Source: a virus. Taken from it: DNA of 64,000 nt. Within the stretch, counting starts at the first letter, position 1. The number at the start of each line of letters is the position of its first letter. Under the pieces are notes generated by a model, which saw only the letters and a list, made by a program, of their open reading frames with translations, did no database searches and was not told the origin of the DNA. The translations under genes were made by a program, and so were the position numbers. Below, one piece after another: positions 1 through 10,543 of the stretch. The stretch spans positions 32,020-96,019 of IMG/VR virus record IMGVR_UViG_3300038468_000170; one strand, given 5' to 3'.

Positions 1-443
1 CTGGCGGACCGACGGGGCCAACGGGCCCCACTGGGCCACAAGGGCCGACCGGGCCGGCGCCTACAGTAACAGCTCTAGTAGGACCGGCAGTTACGGCGGC
101 GCTTCCGGGCAACAACACCTCCTTCATGCGGTTTGGGATCCAAACAGTCACGGCAACAGAGACCAATGCTCAGTTCAACTTCGGATCTCAAAGCGTCACT
201 CTCTACGGAATTTCAATTGTCATTCCGCTCGGCACAACGACCGATAACATTACTCTCACCATTAACAAGAACTTAGTTGCCACGGCGATCACGGTGACTT
301 TGCCTGTAGGGAACATCGTAGCATCCGCTGTTTTCTCTCCTGGTGTCACTTTCTCGCCGACAGATCTCGCGTCGATTCACATCACACAAAGCGGCACGGA
401 AACCAGCGCCGTCAACATGAAATGCATGCTGTCTGTTAAGTAG
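1..443 (+). CDS. Collagen-like fibre protein, C-terminal part (5' truncated by window)
   Basis: Frame 3 is open from the window edge: [18 protein letters not shown] runs in frame into the 126..443 ORF. The beta-rich C-terminal domain resembles that of 4589..5287. Confidence 0.8.
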   Translation, partial: GGPTGPTGPTGPQGPTGPAPTVTALVGPAVTAALPGNNTSFMRFGIQTVTATETNAQFNFGSQSVTLYGISIVIPLGTTTDNITLTINKNLVATAITVTLPVGNIVASAVFSPGVTFSPTDLASIHITQSGTETSAVNMKCMLSVK

Positions 444-449
444 CGCGTC

Positions 450-1100
450 ATGGCCTACATCATCGGTCAAGGACGCCATGCGCGCGAAACCTACCCTGAG
501 CCGCACGGCCCCGGAGGAGGCAGAGTTGGACCTACTGGTCCCACTGGACCGCCCGGAACAGAGGGGCCAACCGGTCCCTTCGGCGGCCCGACGGGTCCTG
601 CTGGACCTCCAGGACCAGAGGGGCCATCCGGATCACAAGGCCCAAGTGGGCCACGCGGAAACGACGGACCCCAGGGACCCATAGGTCCTACTGGCCCAGG
701 CGGCGGCCCGCCCGGCCCGGCCGGACCAACAGGGCCGGCTGGTACAGGTGGCACCGCGATCAACGTGACGACGACCGACGGTACGCCAACGCTACTCCTC
801 GCCTTTCCTTTCGTGAACAACACAACGTACAGCTTCCAGATTGCGATCTCGGCTAGACAAACAGCCGGAGGCGTAGGACGCGCGACCTTCGTACGTTGGT
901 GGAGCGCGTATCGAGAAGGTGGCGGCGCGGCGACGCTCCTTGGTACGCCCGCAAACCCGATCACGGACAATAAGAGCGTCCTAGACGGATCCGCAGCATG
1001 GGACGTGCTCGTCGACACCGACGGCAAGCTCTACGTGCAGGGCGAAGACGGAAAAACGATCAATTGGTCAGGCACATACTTCGTAACGGCGGCAACATGA
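450..1100 (+). CDS. Collagen-like (G-P-T) fibre/spike protein
   Basis: Interrupted GPTGPP triplets followed by a beta-rich C-terminal domain; N-terminal [11 protein letters not shown] motif. Confidence 0.8.
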   Translation: MAYIIGQGRHARETYPEPHGPGGGRVGPTGPTGPPGTEGPTGPFGGPTGPAGPPGPEGPSGSQGPSGPRGNDGPQGPIGPTGPGGGPPGPAGPTGPAGTGGTAINVTTTDGTPTLLLAFPFVNNTTYSFQIAISARQTAGGVGRATFVRWWSAYREGGGAATLLGTPANPITDNKSVLDGSAAWDVLVDTDGKLYVQGEDGKTINWSGTYFVTAAT

Positions 1101-1369
1101 CCATCTATGTGGACGAACTCGTGTCCTGGGATACCCTCAACCGACACATCGGTTGTCGGCTTTTCACGAACCCATTCGTGGAAGATCCGGAAAGCACGGA
1201 AGAGCTCCACCGAATCGCGGCGTCGCTCGGCCTATCGCCCGACCTCCATTTCGTGCGTGGCACCTATCTTCTCGTGAAGGCGCGCCGCCAAATGGCGATC
1301 GAGCGCGGCGCCGTCGACATCGCTGAAAACTCGATCTTCAGATTCGTGGAGCCGACCGATGGCGGGTAG
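1097..1369 (+). CDS. DUF4031-like small protein
   Basis: ATGA overlap with the upstream stop; MTIYVD...C.L...EELH..A..LGL pattern. Confidence 0.6.
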   Translation: MTIYVDELVSWDTLNRHIGCRLFTNPFVEDPESTEELHRIAASLGLSPDLHFVRGTYLLVKARRQMAIERGAVDIAENSIFRFVEPTDGG

Positions 1370-4300
1370 CTGGACGCATACCTTTTCGGCACCAGCCGGG
1401 GCGGCGTTTCCTGTCGGGATAATGCTCTCGGACGGACGGATCCTGTTCGGGGATGACGCCGGGCTACCGTCAACACCCACCGTGCCGGCGGTTTTCACGG
1501 CGCCATTCAACTGGTGGATCCTGACTCCCGACTCGAACGGAAACTATCACACGGGCACGTTCGCGCGGGTGCGCACGAGCTTCGGAGCGCACCTCTACTC
1601 GCCGCTTGCGCTCGCGAACGACGGAGAGTTCTACGTGTTCGGCGGCGAGTATCAGATGTCCTCGCCGTTTTTCAATACGTGCGAGCTCTTTCGGACCCGC
1701 TCGAACGTGTGGGAACTTTTGCCGAACCCACCATGGCCTGGAAACCGAAACGGTGACGATGCGGGCCAGGTACTGAATGACGGCCGCCTCTTCGTCGTAG
1801 CGATCGGGGCCGGCTCGGCCATATTCGATCCGGCGACGGGGACCTGGACTAGCGCGGCATCTCAGCCGGTGTCGCTCGACGAAGCATCGAATGTACTCCT
1901 CCCGAACGGCGCGATGCCGTTCACGGACTGCTTCAATCCTCCGGCGACGTACCGATACGATCCGGGAACCAACACATGGTTCGCCGATGCGAACACGACC
2001 ACGGATCTCATTCGCACCCTGACCGCAGAAATCGGACCGTGGATCCTCTTACCAGACGGGCGGGCGTGGCTCATCGGGGGGAACGGCCACACGAACTACT
2101 ACACGCCGAACGCTTCGCCGCTCCTCGCTGGCACATTCGCCGCCGGTCCGGACCTCCCGATCGATCCGCTCACCGGCGCGCTCATGCAGATCAACGACGG
2201 AGACGGCCTTTTACAAGTCGACGGCACGATCTTCTTTTTCGCCGGCCCGAACGGAGACACTCCCCCGGTCGGTCCCGGCGCGGCGTTTCCGTCACCTGCC
2301 TACACTCTCGTCGGCGATCCGATCGGCAACACGGTGACGCGCGTCGCCGATGCGCCGGGAGGACTCGCGTCGAACCCATCGCTTGCGCTCCGGACGATCA
2401 TGCTGCCGACGGGCGACATTCTCGTGTTCTTTCAGGGCACGCTCGCCATCTGGAACACAGGGGCCGGACCGAACAACGCCTGGCGGCCGACGATCACGAA
2501 GTGTCCAAAAGGACTCCAGGGCGGCCAGACGTACTCACTTACCGGCACGCAATTGAACGGCATCGCCCGCTCGAACTCCGGAGGCGACGACTACTGGCAA
2601 AACCAGTTGCCGCTCATCAGAATCACGCACGTCGCAAGCGGCACAGTGACCTATTGCCGGAGTTACGGGCTCTCGACACTTGCCGTAGCAACGGGCGGCG
2701 CGCCCATCACGATGAAATTCACGGTGCCGCTCGGGATCCCGCTCGGACCGAGCACGCTCGAGGTGGTCTCGAACGGCATCGCGAATCAGACGCCGGTCGC
2801 GGTGACGGTGTTCCCGCAAACGCGGTTTGGCGTATCGGGGATCGGCATCGACTCGGATCATTCAGTGCCGGCAAATGTCGAGGTCGCGGAGCTACAGGTT
2901 GCCCGCGGAGCGATCTCGTGGCCGGCGGACGGACCCGGCCCGGCACTCACCCAGGACACGACAACCACCGGATCAGGTCGCACCGCGCAGCTTGCGCCGC
3001 AATGCTCGACGGTTGCGCAAGGGGGCGCGACAGCCGTGCCGAGCGCGCCGTTTTCGGGGGGCATCACGCCCGGAGCCCCGGTGCTCTCGATTGCAGGAGA
3101 CGGCGCTGGAAGCGGCGGGGCAGGTGGTCAGTTCCAAGCGCAAGGTGGACGAGGGTCCCCGAGCGGCACATCGGCGGGAGGCGCTGCCGCGGTAATCGGC
3201 GGTGACGGCGGATTCAATCTCGGTGCTGGCGGTACAGGCACGATCAGCGGTGGCAACAGCGCTTCGAAATCCGCGGGCGGAAACGCAGTCGCTCACGGAG
3301 GCCAGAACATCCCTGGTACCGGTAACCCCGGCATCGTGCGACTCGATCGCAGCGCAGAGATACTCATGACCGGAGTCGGTGCCGTGCCGGTGGCTCCGAT
3401 CGCTGGCTCCCATCAGGTTGCAATCTACGCAAAGAACACAAACCCATCCGAGCTCCACGTCGTGGAAGATGACGGCACGGACTTTACGATCGGTGGCACG
3501 GGAGCACGCTTACTCGGCGACTTCAACACAGCGGGCGTCTACAACGTCACGGTGCCCGCGAATGTGAGCCGCATCTGGGGCCAAATCAGAAACGGTGCCG
3601 GAGGCGGCGCGGGCGGTGGAAGCGGAGCCGGCGGACAACAAGGAGGCGCAGCTCAGACCGGTGGCGGTGGTGGTGGCCCGGGGGGCAACGGCATGAACTG
3701 CGCCTCCGAGGCCATGCCCGCGTGTCTCGTGACCCCTGGCGATAGCCTGACCATTACGGTTGGCGCGGGCGGCACGGGCGGCACGGGCGGCGCGGCCGTT
3801 GCTTTCGATACCGACGGCAACGGAGGCGCGGGAGGTAAGGCCGGTGGGATCACGAGCATATTCAACGCCACGACCGGAAAGTTTCTCATCAAGGGCGCTA
3901 ACAACACGGGCGGCGGACTCGGGCCGAATACTGCTGCGCTGTCCGGTACGCACGGCGGAAACGGTGGTCAAGTACCGTCGACGATGCGCGGCGTCTGGGG
4001 TCAGAACGCGCTACCAGGTACGGCGGTTGGAATCGTTGGCCCGGCGGGCGGGGCAGGAGGGCTCAGCGCGAACGGTACTAATTCGATCACACTCACGGCT
4101 CTCCTAAATACGTTCGCGGTCGGATCAGATCCTCACACGCCGGTCGAGCAACTGACATTCGGCGGGATCTCTGCCGGCACCACGCAGGTGCAACGTGGAA
4201 ACACGGGAGCGGGTGGTGCGGTACTCGGATTTTCGGGCGGCGGAGGCGGCGGGTGTCCAGGATTCTCGAGCGGCACAGGTGACGAAGCAACGATCGATGG

Positions 4301-4541
4301 TGTGGTCGCTCCTCTCCCAACTGACGGTCGTGGCGGAGACGGAGGCAATGGCGGCTCCCAAATCGGACCGACCTTGCCTGTCGCCGGAGGTAACGGAACC
4401 AACGGAATAGATGGCCGAGGTGGAGGCGGGGGAGGCGGAGGCGGGGGAGGTTCGGCAGGAAACCCAATCGGCCAAGGGGGCGCAGCAGGCGGAAATGGCG
4501 GCAACGGCTCGGACGGTCGCGCCGTGCTGTTTGTCGCCTAG
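1359..4541 (+). CDS. Large fibre/receptor-binding protein: Kelch/galactose-oxidase-like propeller, Ig-like domain, glycine-rich C-terminal region
   Basis: Repeated L.DG..L/F..GG and DP.TNTW Kelch-type motifs; RPTIT...G.Q.NG Ig-like segment; C-terminal GAGGGAGG...V.PG..TITVGAGG Gly-rich tail-fibre domain. Confidence 0.7.
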   Translation: MAGSWTHTFSAPAGAAFPVGIMLSDGRILFGDDAGLPSTPTVPAVFTAPFNWWILTPDSNGNYHTGTFARVRTSFGAHLYSPLALANDGEFYVFGGEYQMSSPFFNTCELFRTRSNVWELLPNPPWPGNRNGDDAGQVLNDGRLFVVAIGAGSAIFDPATGTWTSAASQPVSLDEASNVLLPNGAMPFTDCFNPPATYRYDPGTNTWFADANTTTDLIRTLTAEIGPWILLPDGRAWLIGGNGHTNYYTPNASPLLAGTFAAGPDLPIDPLTGALMQINDGDGLLQVDGTIFFFAGPNGDTPPVGPGAAFPSPAYTLVGDPIGNTVTRVADAPGGLASNPSLALRTIMLPTGDILVFFQGTLAIWNTGAGPNNAWRPTITKCPKGLQGGQTYSLTGTQLNGIARSNSGGDDYWQNQLPLIRITHVASGTVTYCRSYGLSTLAVATGGAPITMKFTVPLGIPLGPSTLEVVSNGIANQTPVAVTVFPQTRFGVSGIGIDSDHSVPANVEVAELQVARGAISWPADGPGPALTQDTTTTGSGRTAQLAPQCSTVAQGGATAVPSAPFSGGITPGAPVLSIAGDGAGSGGAGGQFQAQGGRGSPSGTSAGGAAAVIGGDGGFNLGAGGTGTISGGNSASKSAGGNAVAHGGQNIPGTGNPGIVRLDRSAEILMTGVGAVPVAPIAGSHQVAIYAKNTNPSELHVVEDDGTDFTIGGTGARLLGDFNTAGVYNVTVPANVSRIWGQIRNGAGGGAGGGSGAGGQQGGAAQTGGGGGGPGGNGMNCASEAMPACLVTPGDSLTITVGAGGTGGTGGAAVAFDTDGNGGAGGKAGGITSIFNATTGKFLIKGANNTGGGLGPNTAALSGTHGGNGGQVPSTMRGVWGQNALPGTAVGIVGPAGGAGGLSANGTNSITLTALLNTFAVGSDPHTPVEQLTFGGISAGTTQVQRGNTGAGGAVLGFSGGGGGGCPGFSSGTGDEATIDGVVAPLPTDGRGGDGGNGGSQIGPTLPVAGGNGTNGIDGRGGGGGGGGGGGSAGNPIGQGGAAGGNGGNGSDGRAVLFVA

Positions 4542-4588
4542 TGAGGCACTAAGAAGATTACAATCCCGAGACAGATACGAGACAATCA

Positions 4589-5287
4589 ATGAGCCCTTTA
4601 CGCTGCTGCGGGGTCACGGGACCTACCGGGCCCGCCGGATTTGGGCCCACCGGACCGACGGGACCGGGTGGCGGAGGGGTTGGACCCACTGGACCGACAG
4701 GACCTAGTGGCGATCCTGGCCCTATCGGACCAAGCGGTCCTGCTGGACCCACCGGGCCTCAGGGACCCACAGGACCTGGCGGACCGACGGGGCCACAAGG
4801 GCCAAGCGGTCCTTCCGGACCGACAGGACCGGGAGGAGCAGCCGGACCGACGGGGCCACAGGGACCCACCGGGCCTCAGGGACCGACGGGACCTGGCGGA
4901 CCGACGGGGCCGACGGGCCCCACTGGGCCAGCCGGACAAAGCTTTCTCTCCTTCGGAGAATCCGGTCCGACGGTCGCGAACGCTTTCCTCGGTGCGTGGA
5001 ACATCAACGGCAACGCGACCGAGAACGTGCAGAAGTACCCGGCGCCCTTCACCGGGAACCTCTCGAACACCACGGTCTACTCTACGAGCGGTAACTTCAG
5101 CGGTAACTGCACTTATACGCTCCGCGTGAACGGAGTGAACTCCGCCATCACCATCAACGTCACGAACGCCGCCTCAAGCTTCTCCGACACACATACGGTC
5201 GCGGTCACTCGAGGAAACCTGCTCTCGGTGCAAGAGAGCGCCGTCATCAACAACTCCGCCATTTGGTTCAACATGAGATACACATGA
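4589..5287 (+). CDS. Collagen-like (GPT/GPQ/GPS) fibre protein
   Basis: About 110 aa of G-X-Y repeats followed by a beta-sandwich-like C-terminus. Confidence 0.85.
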   Translation: MSPLRCCGVTGPTGPAGFGPTGPTGPGGGGVGPTGPTGPSGDPGPIGPSGPAGPTGPQGPTGPGGPTGPQGPSGPSGPTGPGGAAGPTGPQGPTGPQGPTGPGGPTGPTGPTGPAGQSFLSFGESGPTVANAFLGAWNINGNATENVQKYPAPFTGNLSNTTVYSTSGNFSGNCTYTLRVNGVNSAITINVTNAASSFSDTHTVAVTRGNLLSVQESAVINNSAIWFNMRYT

Positions 5288-5709
5288 CCTATTACGCACA
5301 GCTCGGAGCTCGCGACCTCGTCATGAACATCATCGAGGATCACGAGGAGCGCACTCCCGCAGGGATCTGGGATCTCATTCACCGAGGCGTGCGGCTCGTC
5401 GCCCTTCCGGACGGCGTTCGGCATCCACTCCCGGGCGAGCGGTACGAAGGGGCAGTAACGTTCGTGGAAGACCACGAGTGGCTCTCGACCGACGCCATCC
5501 CGCACGCCGAGATGGCCGTCGAGCACCATCGGCGCGTTCGTGACGTTGCCCGAAGAGCGCTAAACCGGATCGCGAAAGTGCCGGACGCCTTCAACTGGGA
5601 AGAAGAGGAGGCGCAGATGAAGCTCCAAAAAAGCGAGACACAACTTGAGCGAGAAACCCGCTCGCTCGTCGCTCTGAAGGAGCGACTCGGACGCGCAAAA
5701 ACCGCCTAG
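5284..5709 (+). CDS. Hypothetical protein
   Basis: ATGA-coupled to the collagen gene (MTYYAQ...); C-terminal coiled coil. Confidence 0.6.
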   Translation: MTYYAQLGARDLVMNIIEDHEERTPAGIWDLIHRGVRLVALPDGVRHPLPGERYEGAVTFVEDHEWLSTDAIPHAEMAVEHHRRVRDVARRALNRIAKVPDAFNWEEEEAQMKLQKSETQLERETRSLVALKERLGRAKTA

Positions 5710-5751
5710 GTCTTGACGTATCCTTTTCGTTAGCACATCATCCTCCCCACA

Positions 5752-7779
5752 ATGCCCGGCCTCCGAAAGGAAGAGGCGCTGGTTCTTCGTGTTTTCAGCG
5801 TCACAATCACAGACAGCAAGGAGAACATCATCGGCGACGCAATTCGAAGCGTTGTCGACCACGTCGATCGCGTTCTCCTCGTCGACACTGGTATCACCGA
5901 CCAGACCATCGAACGCGCCAGAGAAGTCGCCGGTGACAAGCTCATAGTCACCAAGCACAAGTGGGTCGACTTCTCGACCGCCCGCAACTTCGGCATCGAC
6001 GTCGCTCGACGTAGAGGAGCCACTTGGATCGTCATCGTCGATTCTGACGAACGGCTCAACCTCTGTTTGGATTTGCGAAGTGCGCTCGCGAATGTACGAA
6101 AAGACATAGTGCGCATCGAATCGGACGACGGGCATTACCCGAAAGAGAAGATCCTACGTGCCGCGTCCGGGGTTCATTACTTCGGGCCGACTCACGAAGT
6201 GATGATCGGAGGCGAACGCGAAACGCTCGCAGGTGCGACATTCTCCGAGCTGCCGAAGTCCGCCGAGCAGTACAGACACAAGTTCGAACGCGACGTGAAG
6301 CTCCTGACCGAATTCGTCAAGAAACACCCCGACGATCCACGCTGGTGGTACTACCTCGGCGCATCGTACGAGGGACTCGGAGAACACGTACTCGCAGCCG
6401 AGGCATTCAGGGAATGCGTCGTGCGAAGAAGGTTCGGCGATGAAGCGGCTTGGGCCGCATACAAGCAGGCCGAGCAACTCTTCATGCTCGATCGATTCGA
6501 GGAAGCCATCATGGCGGCTGCTCGAGGAATGGGCGCGAACGCCACCTTCGCCGAGTGCGCATGGATCGCCGCCGTGTCCGCGACGCGGTTGGGCCGTAAC
6601 GATCAGGCAATTGCCTGGGCGCGCATCTCTGAAGCAGTCGGTCGATACAAAGGATGCGGTACAGCCAGGGAATACTTCCGCTATATGCCAGCGCTGTACG
6701 AGCTTCCGTACGATGTCTTGAGATTCGTGCTTCCAGATGAAGCGAGCCAAGAGAAAGCAGATGCCGATTTTCACGCAGCCAAGCGCGCCCGCGTGGGGGC
6801 AACCGACGAATCCGATTTAGACCGCCTAAGCGTGTCTCGATCAGCATCCTGGCCGAGCCGAGACGAAGCGCGGTCGATGCTCAGGCCGCTGCCACTCTCG
6901 AGCATGTGCCCAAGCGCACGTGCCGTTCAGATACAGTTCACAGCCCCGGATGGGTGGCACCCTATGAACCCAAGCATCTGCTTGCACAAAGGCAAGATGA
7001 TGTGCGTGGTACGGACCGTCAACTACTCACTGAACGGCAGGCAGTACACCATCAACGACCCGGAGAACGTCGTCCGCACCGAAAACTATCTCGGAGAACT
7101 CGGTCCAAACGGAGAATTCCTCCATCCGACGCTGATGCGCGACCTAGACACGTCCCCCAGACAGCCGTCGCAAATCGTTGGGTACGAGGACATCCGCTTG
7201 GTCTCGATCAAGGGATCCGATGGCGACGACGTACTAGCGGGAAGCTCGACGGTCTGCGACCGCGATCCGGCACGACGGATGATCGCTCGGCTCGATTTCG
7301 ATCGCGACGGAAACATAGAACGAGCCGTCGTACAGCCGACCAATCAACAACACGAGAAGAACTGGATGCCCCTCTCGGTGGGTGGCGAGTTCGCTTACAT
7401 CTACTCGCTAGACCCGACGGCCATCCTACCGGGCCCCCTGCGGTCTTGTCCGTTCGCCCTCGAACACCTGCGCGGCAGCGCCGCAATCACCTTCAACGAC
7501 GAATACCTGTGCGTCATGCACGAAACCATCGAGGCGAACGAAAGCCGGATCTACCTGCACCGGTTCGTGCGACTCGATGCAAAGTTCAACGTGACGGCCG
7601 TCTCGCCGGCTTGGATTTTCTCGCACTACGGCATCGAGTTCTGCGCAGGGCTCGTGCTCGACGGCGCCACCCTCGTTCTTTCCTATGGAATCACCGATCG
7701 GGAAGCGTGGATCATGCGAGTCGATGCGAGAGAGGTCGAAGCGATGCGGTGGATCACGCCAAAAGGACCCAACACATGA
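5752..7779 (+). CDS. GT2 glycosyltransferase + TPR + C-terminal beta-propeller (GH130/GH43-like)
   Basis: VDTGITD.T, DFSTARN, VDSDE (DxD) and HE motifs; TPR-like helices; PMNPSI, GYEDIRL, EKNWMP and IEFCAGL propeller motifs. Confidence 0.85.
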   Translation: MPGLRKEEALVLRVFSVTITDSKENIIGDAIRSVVDHVDRVLLVDTGITDQTIERAREVAGDKLIVTKHKWVDFSTARNFGIDVARRRGATWIVIVDSDERLNLCLDLRSALANVRKDIVRIESDDGHYPKEKILRAASGVHYFGPTHEVMIGGERETLAGATFSELPKSAEQYRHKFERDVKLLTEFVKKHPDDPRWWYYLGASYEGLGEHVLAAEAFRECVVRRRFGDEAAWAAYKQAEQLFMLDRFEEAIMAAARGMGANATFAECAWIAAVSATRLGRNDQAIAWARISEAVGRYKGCGTAREYFRYMPALYELPYDVLRFVLPDEASQEKADADFHAAKRARVGATDESDLDRLSVSRSASWPSRDEARSMLRPLPLSSMCPSARAVQIQFTAPDGWHPMNPSICLHKGKMMCVVRTVNYSLNGRQYTINDPENVVRTENYLGELGPNGEFLHPTLMRDLDTSPRQPSQIVGYEDIRLVSIKGSDGDDVLAGSSTVCDRDPARRMIARLDFDRDGNIERAVVQPTNQQHEKNWMPLSVGGEFAYIYSLDPTAILPGPLRSCPFALEHLRGSAAITFNDEYLCVMHETIEANESRIYLHRFVRLDAKFNVTAVSPAWIFSHYGIEFCAGLVLDGATLVLSYGITDREAWIMRVDAREVEAMRWITPKGPNT

Positions 7780-9035
7780 ATCGGATAATGCTAGGAACCC
7801 CTTGTTTCGCGGAAGAGTACGAGATACTTCGCCGCGCATTGAGATCCTTCCAAGAGCCAGACGTCGACGTGGTTGCGATCGACAATGGCGGCTCGTTAGA
7901 CGTCAAGCGCGCGATCAGCGACGAATTCGAAGCAACAGGTGCCATCGAGATCATCCGTAACGAACGCAACGTGTACGTCAACCCGGCTTGGAACCAACTC
8001 GCCACACGATTTCTAGATTCGGACGCAGAGATTCTCGTCGTAGCTAACGCCGACCTAGTTGTGGCTCCCGGCTGGTCGAAGACGCTGTTAGCGAGACATC
8101 AATGGGCAGCGCTCGCTAAGCAACGAGAACTGTGGTTCGGCAGAGCGACGCCTTCGATCGAGGAAGCATCCAATGCGCATCCTAGCTCAATAGAGACAAC
8201 CGTTGAAGCTGCCGGGGATCGAAGCACGTTTGGATCATTTTTCGCTATGCCCAGAGCTGGCGTGCGGATTGCGTTCCCTATCCCGTCTGAACTTCTTATT
8301 TGGTACGGAGACGGCTGGATCCACAACATTTTGTCGGAGGCGGGCTACCATAACGTGATCTTACGAAACGTGGTCTGCTGGCACAAAGGCGGAATGAGCT
8401 CAGAACGGGTTCCCGAACGCACACAAATCACCGCTCGTGAAAAGATCGTCTGGGACAGTTACCTAGGTAACGTGTGCCGCACCATCGGCGCCAAAACAGG
8501 GAACGAGAATATGGATGAGATTGAACGGCAATTCACGGTTTTTCGCGACACCCCCGCGGACATCAACGAACACATGCAGAAGCTATGCGACTACGCGAGG
8601 GAGTGCGAACACGTCACCGAATTCGGCACCGGTCGCTCTACGTGGGCGTTTCTAAACGCTCGACCAAAAACGCTACGGTGCTACGACATCGGGGGCGGCG
8701 ATTTCTTGAGGCAGGAGCGTGTTGCCGCCGAAGCCGGCATCGATTTCCGCTTCGAACAAGCGGATACTGGCGAGTTGACCATCGAACCTACGGATCTCTT
8801 GTTCATCGATACGTATCACGTCTACCGACAACTACGAACGGAACTCGAACTACACGGCCACAAAGCGAGGAAATACATCCTCATGCATGACACGGAAATT
8901 TTCGGCGACCGTAGTGAAGATGGATCGGTTCCTGGTCTGTGGGAGGCCATAGAGGAGTTCGTCACGAACCATCCGGAGTGGCGAGTCGTCGAGAGACTTG
9001 CAAACAACAACGGGCTCACCGTTTTAAAGCGCTGA
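7776..9035 (+). CDS. GT2-like glycosyltransferase fused to a class I SAM methyltransferase (Methyltransf_24-like)
   Basis: ATGA-coupled start (MNRIML); IDNG, NPAWN, NADL and WYGD.W motifs; C-terminal EFG, DLLFID..H, HDT and NNNGL motifs. Confidence 0.8.
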   Translation: MNRIMLGTPCFAEEYEILRRALRSFQEPDVDVVAIDNGGSLDVKRAISDEFEATGAIEIIRNERNVYVNPAWNQLATRFLDSDAEILVVANADLVVAPGWSKTLLARHQWAALAKQRELWFGRATPSIEEASNAHPSSIETTVEAAGDRSTFGSFFAMPRAGVRIAFPIPSELLIWYGDGWIHNILSEAGYHNVILRNVVCWHKGGMSSERVPERTQITAREKIVWDSYLGNVCRTIGAKTGNENMDEIERQFTVFRDTPADINEHMQKLCDYARECEHVTEFGTGRSTWAFLNARPKTLRCYDIGGGDFLRQERVAAEAGIDFRFEQADTGELTIEPTDLLFIDTYHVYRQLRTELELHGHKARKYILMHDTEIFGDRSEDGSVPGLWEAIEEFVTNHPEWRVVERLANNNGLTVLKR

Positions 9036-9037
9036 AA

Positions 9038-9613
9038 ATGGACATCGAACACGTTGTTTCTACGGCGGAACAAATCCACGGGTGGATGAGCAAGGAAGAA
9101 CTACGGTGGCTCGCAGAAACGGCAGCCGAGAGAAAACTGATCGTCGAAGTAGGATCTTGGCGCGGCAGATCAACCAAAGCTCTCGCCATGACGACACCTG
9201 GCCGCGTTTTTGCGGTCGACCACTGGTCCGGCTCGGTCTCTGAGCGAGACAGTGTGCATCGTGAAGCAGTCGAGCTCGGCGCAGACGAAATATTCCGACA
9301 ATTCTGCGCGAACCTAGCCCCAGAAATTCGCAAAGGCTGCCTGGTTCCATTGCGTCAAGACAGCACCGTCGCCGCTGCCACACTTCTCCCTGTGCTGGTC
9401 CCTCCAGGCGCCGACATGATTTTCATCGACGCCGAGCACACCTTCGAGTCCGTGCGACGAGACATCGTCAGCTTTTTACCTCTTTGCGCCAACGGCGCAG
9501 TCTTGTGCGGACACGACTACGGACACGAACCAGTCACTCGCGCCGTCAGAGAAACGCTCGGCAGATTTGAGGTCCGTGTCGTCGCCGGTAGTATTTGGGC
9601 GGTCACTGTATGA
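9038..9613 (+). CDS. Class I SAM methyltransferase (Methyltransf_24-like)
   Basis: GWMS..E, VEVGSWRGRS, VDHW, DMIFIDAEH and GHDY motifs. Confidence 0.85.
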   Translation: MDIEHVVSTAEQIHGWMSKEELRWLAETAAERKLIVEVGSWRGRSTKALAMTTPGRVFAVDHWSGSVSERDSVHREAVELGADEIFRQFCANLAPEIRKGCLVPLRQDSTVAAATLLPVLVPPGADMIFIDAEHTFESVRRDIVSFLPLCANGAVLCGHDYGHEPVTRAVRETLGRFEVRVVAGSIWAVTV

Positions 9614-10494
9614 TGCAAAAAATAGCCGTAGTCTCCGGAGGTAGCCCCGACTACTTGGTCGACATCGTTGCAGACGGATTGATTCGACTCTTAGGGCGAG
9701 ACAAGGTCCATCTTCGGTTCAATCAGTTCGCACCTTGGCCGGGGTTCGCGCAAACACTACACGGATTTGAATCCGATGCATCTACTATCGACGAATGCGG
9801 AGTTCTGATCGCATCCGTTCGAAGTGATCTAGACGCACTGCTCAAATCACGAGCCGGCAAACTAGTAGCAGTAATCGACGGCGAAGACGACGCGCACCTG
9901 CGATCAAAATGGATCGAATTTTCTGATCTGTACTTCAAGCGTGAATGCCTGAGAGGGGAATCACTCCCGCCCAAAGTGAGATCTCTATCGTTCGCGGCCG
10001 TCCCCGAAGAAATAGAAAGAGCGAAGGACCGTGATGTTGAGGTCTTCTTCGCCTCGGGAGACAGTCACGAAGATCGAAAGACAGTGCGTCGAATTCTTTC
10101 GCAAGAAAAAATGTGGAACACCAGCGTCGGCCATCTTTACGAATACACGCACGAGGCATACATGACGATGCTAGGTCGTTCTCGTATCGGGGTGAACGTA
10201 AGAGGCGCTGGTTGGGACACGTACCGATATTGGGAAATCGCATGGTCCGGTGCGCTCTTGCTGTCGCAACGGTTGGGCATACAGATCGACGATGATTTCG
10301 TACCGAACGTGGAAGCGGTCTACTTCAACGGCGCTGAAGACTGTGTACGGATCGCAAAGACACTTCTCACGGATGAGGCACGTCGTACGGACATTGCTGC
10401 GCGCGGGCTAGAAGCAGTAAGAACGCGGCACTTGTCAACCCATCGCGCCACGAAAGTTCTAGACATGCTGTCATCGGTCCGATCCGGCACGTAA
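9610..10494 (+). CDS. CgeB-like / GT1-fold glycosyltransferase
   Basis: IDGED, YFKRE, GAGWDTYRYWEI and IAARG...H motifs. Confidence 0.75.
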   Translation: MMQKIAVVSGGSPDYLVDIVADGLIRLLGRDKVHLRFNQFAPWPGFAQTLHGFESDASTIDECGVLIASVRSDLDALLKSRAGKLVAVIDGEDDAHLRSKWIEFSDLYFKRECLRGESLPPKVRSLSFAAVPEEIERAKDRDVEVFFASGDSHEDRKTVRRILSQEKMWNTSVGHLYEYTHEAYMTMLGRSRIGVNVRGAGWDTYRYWEIAWSGALLLSQRLGIQIDDDFVPNVEAVYFNGAEDCVRIAKTLLTDEARRTDIAARGLEAVRTRHLSTHRATKVLDMLSSVRSGT

Positions 10495-10543
10495 ATAACC
10501 AGTGTTTTCGGGGGGTATCAACTTCGAGTAGAATGGGAGCGCG

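Noticed and set aside
4610-4935. Tandem 9-bp-period repeats as a non-coding repeat array
   Set aside because: Fully explained by collagen G-X-Y coding.
6906-7775. N-terminal 290 aa of the 709-aa ORF 6906..9035
   Set aside because: Arg-rich out-of-frame overlap with 5752..7779; the real start is the coupled ATG at 7776.
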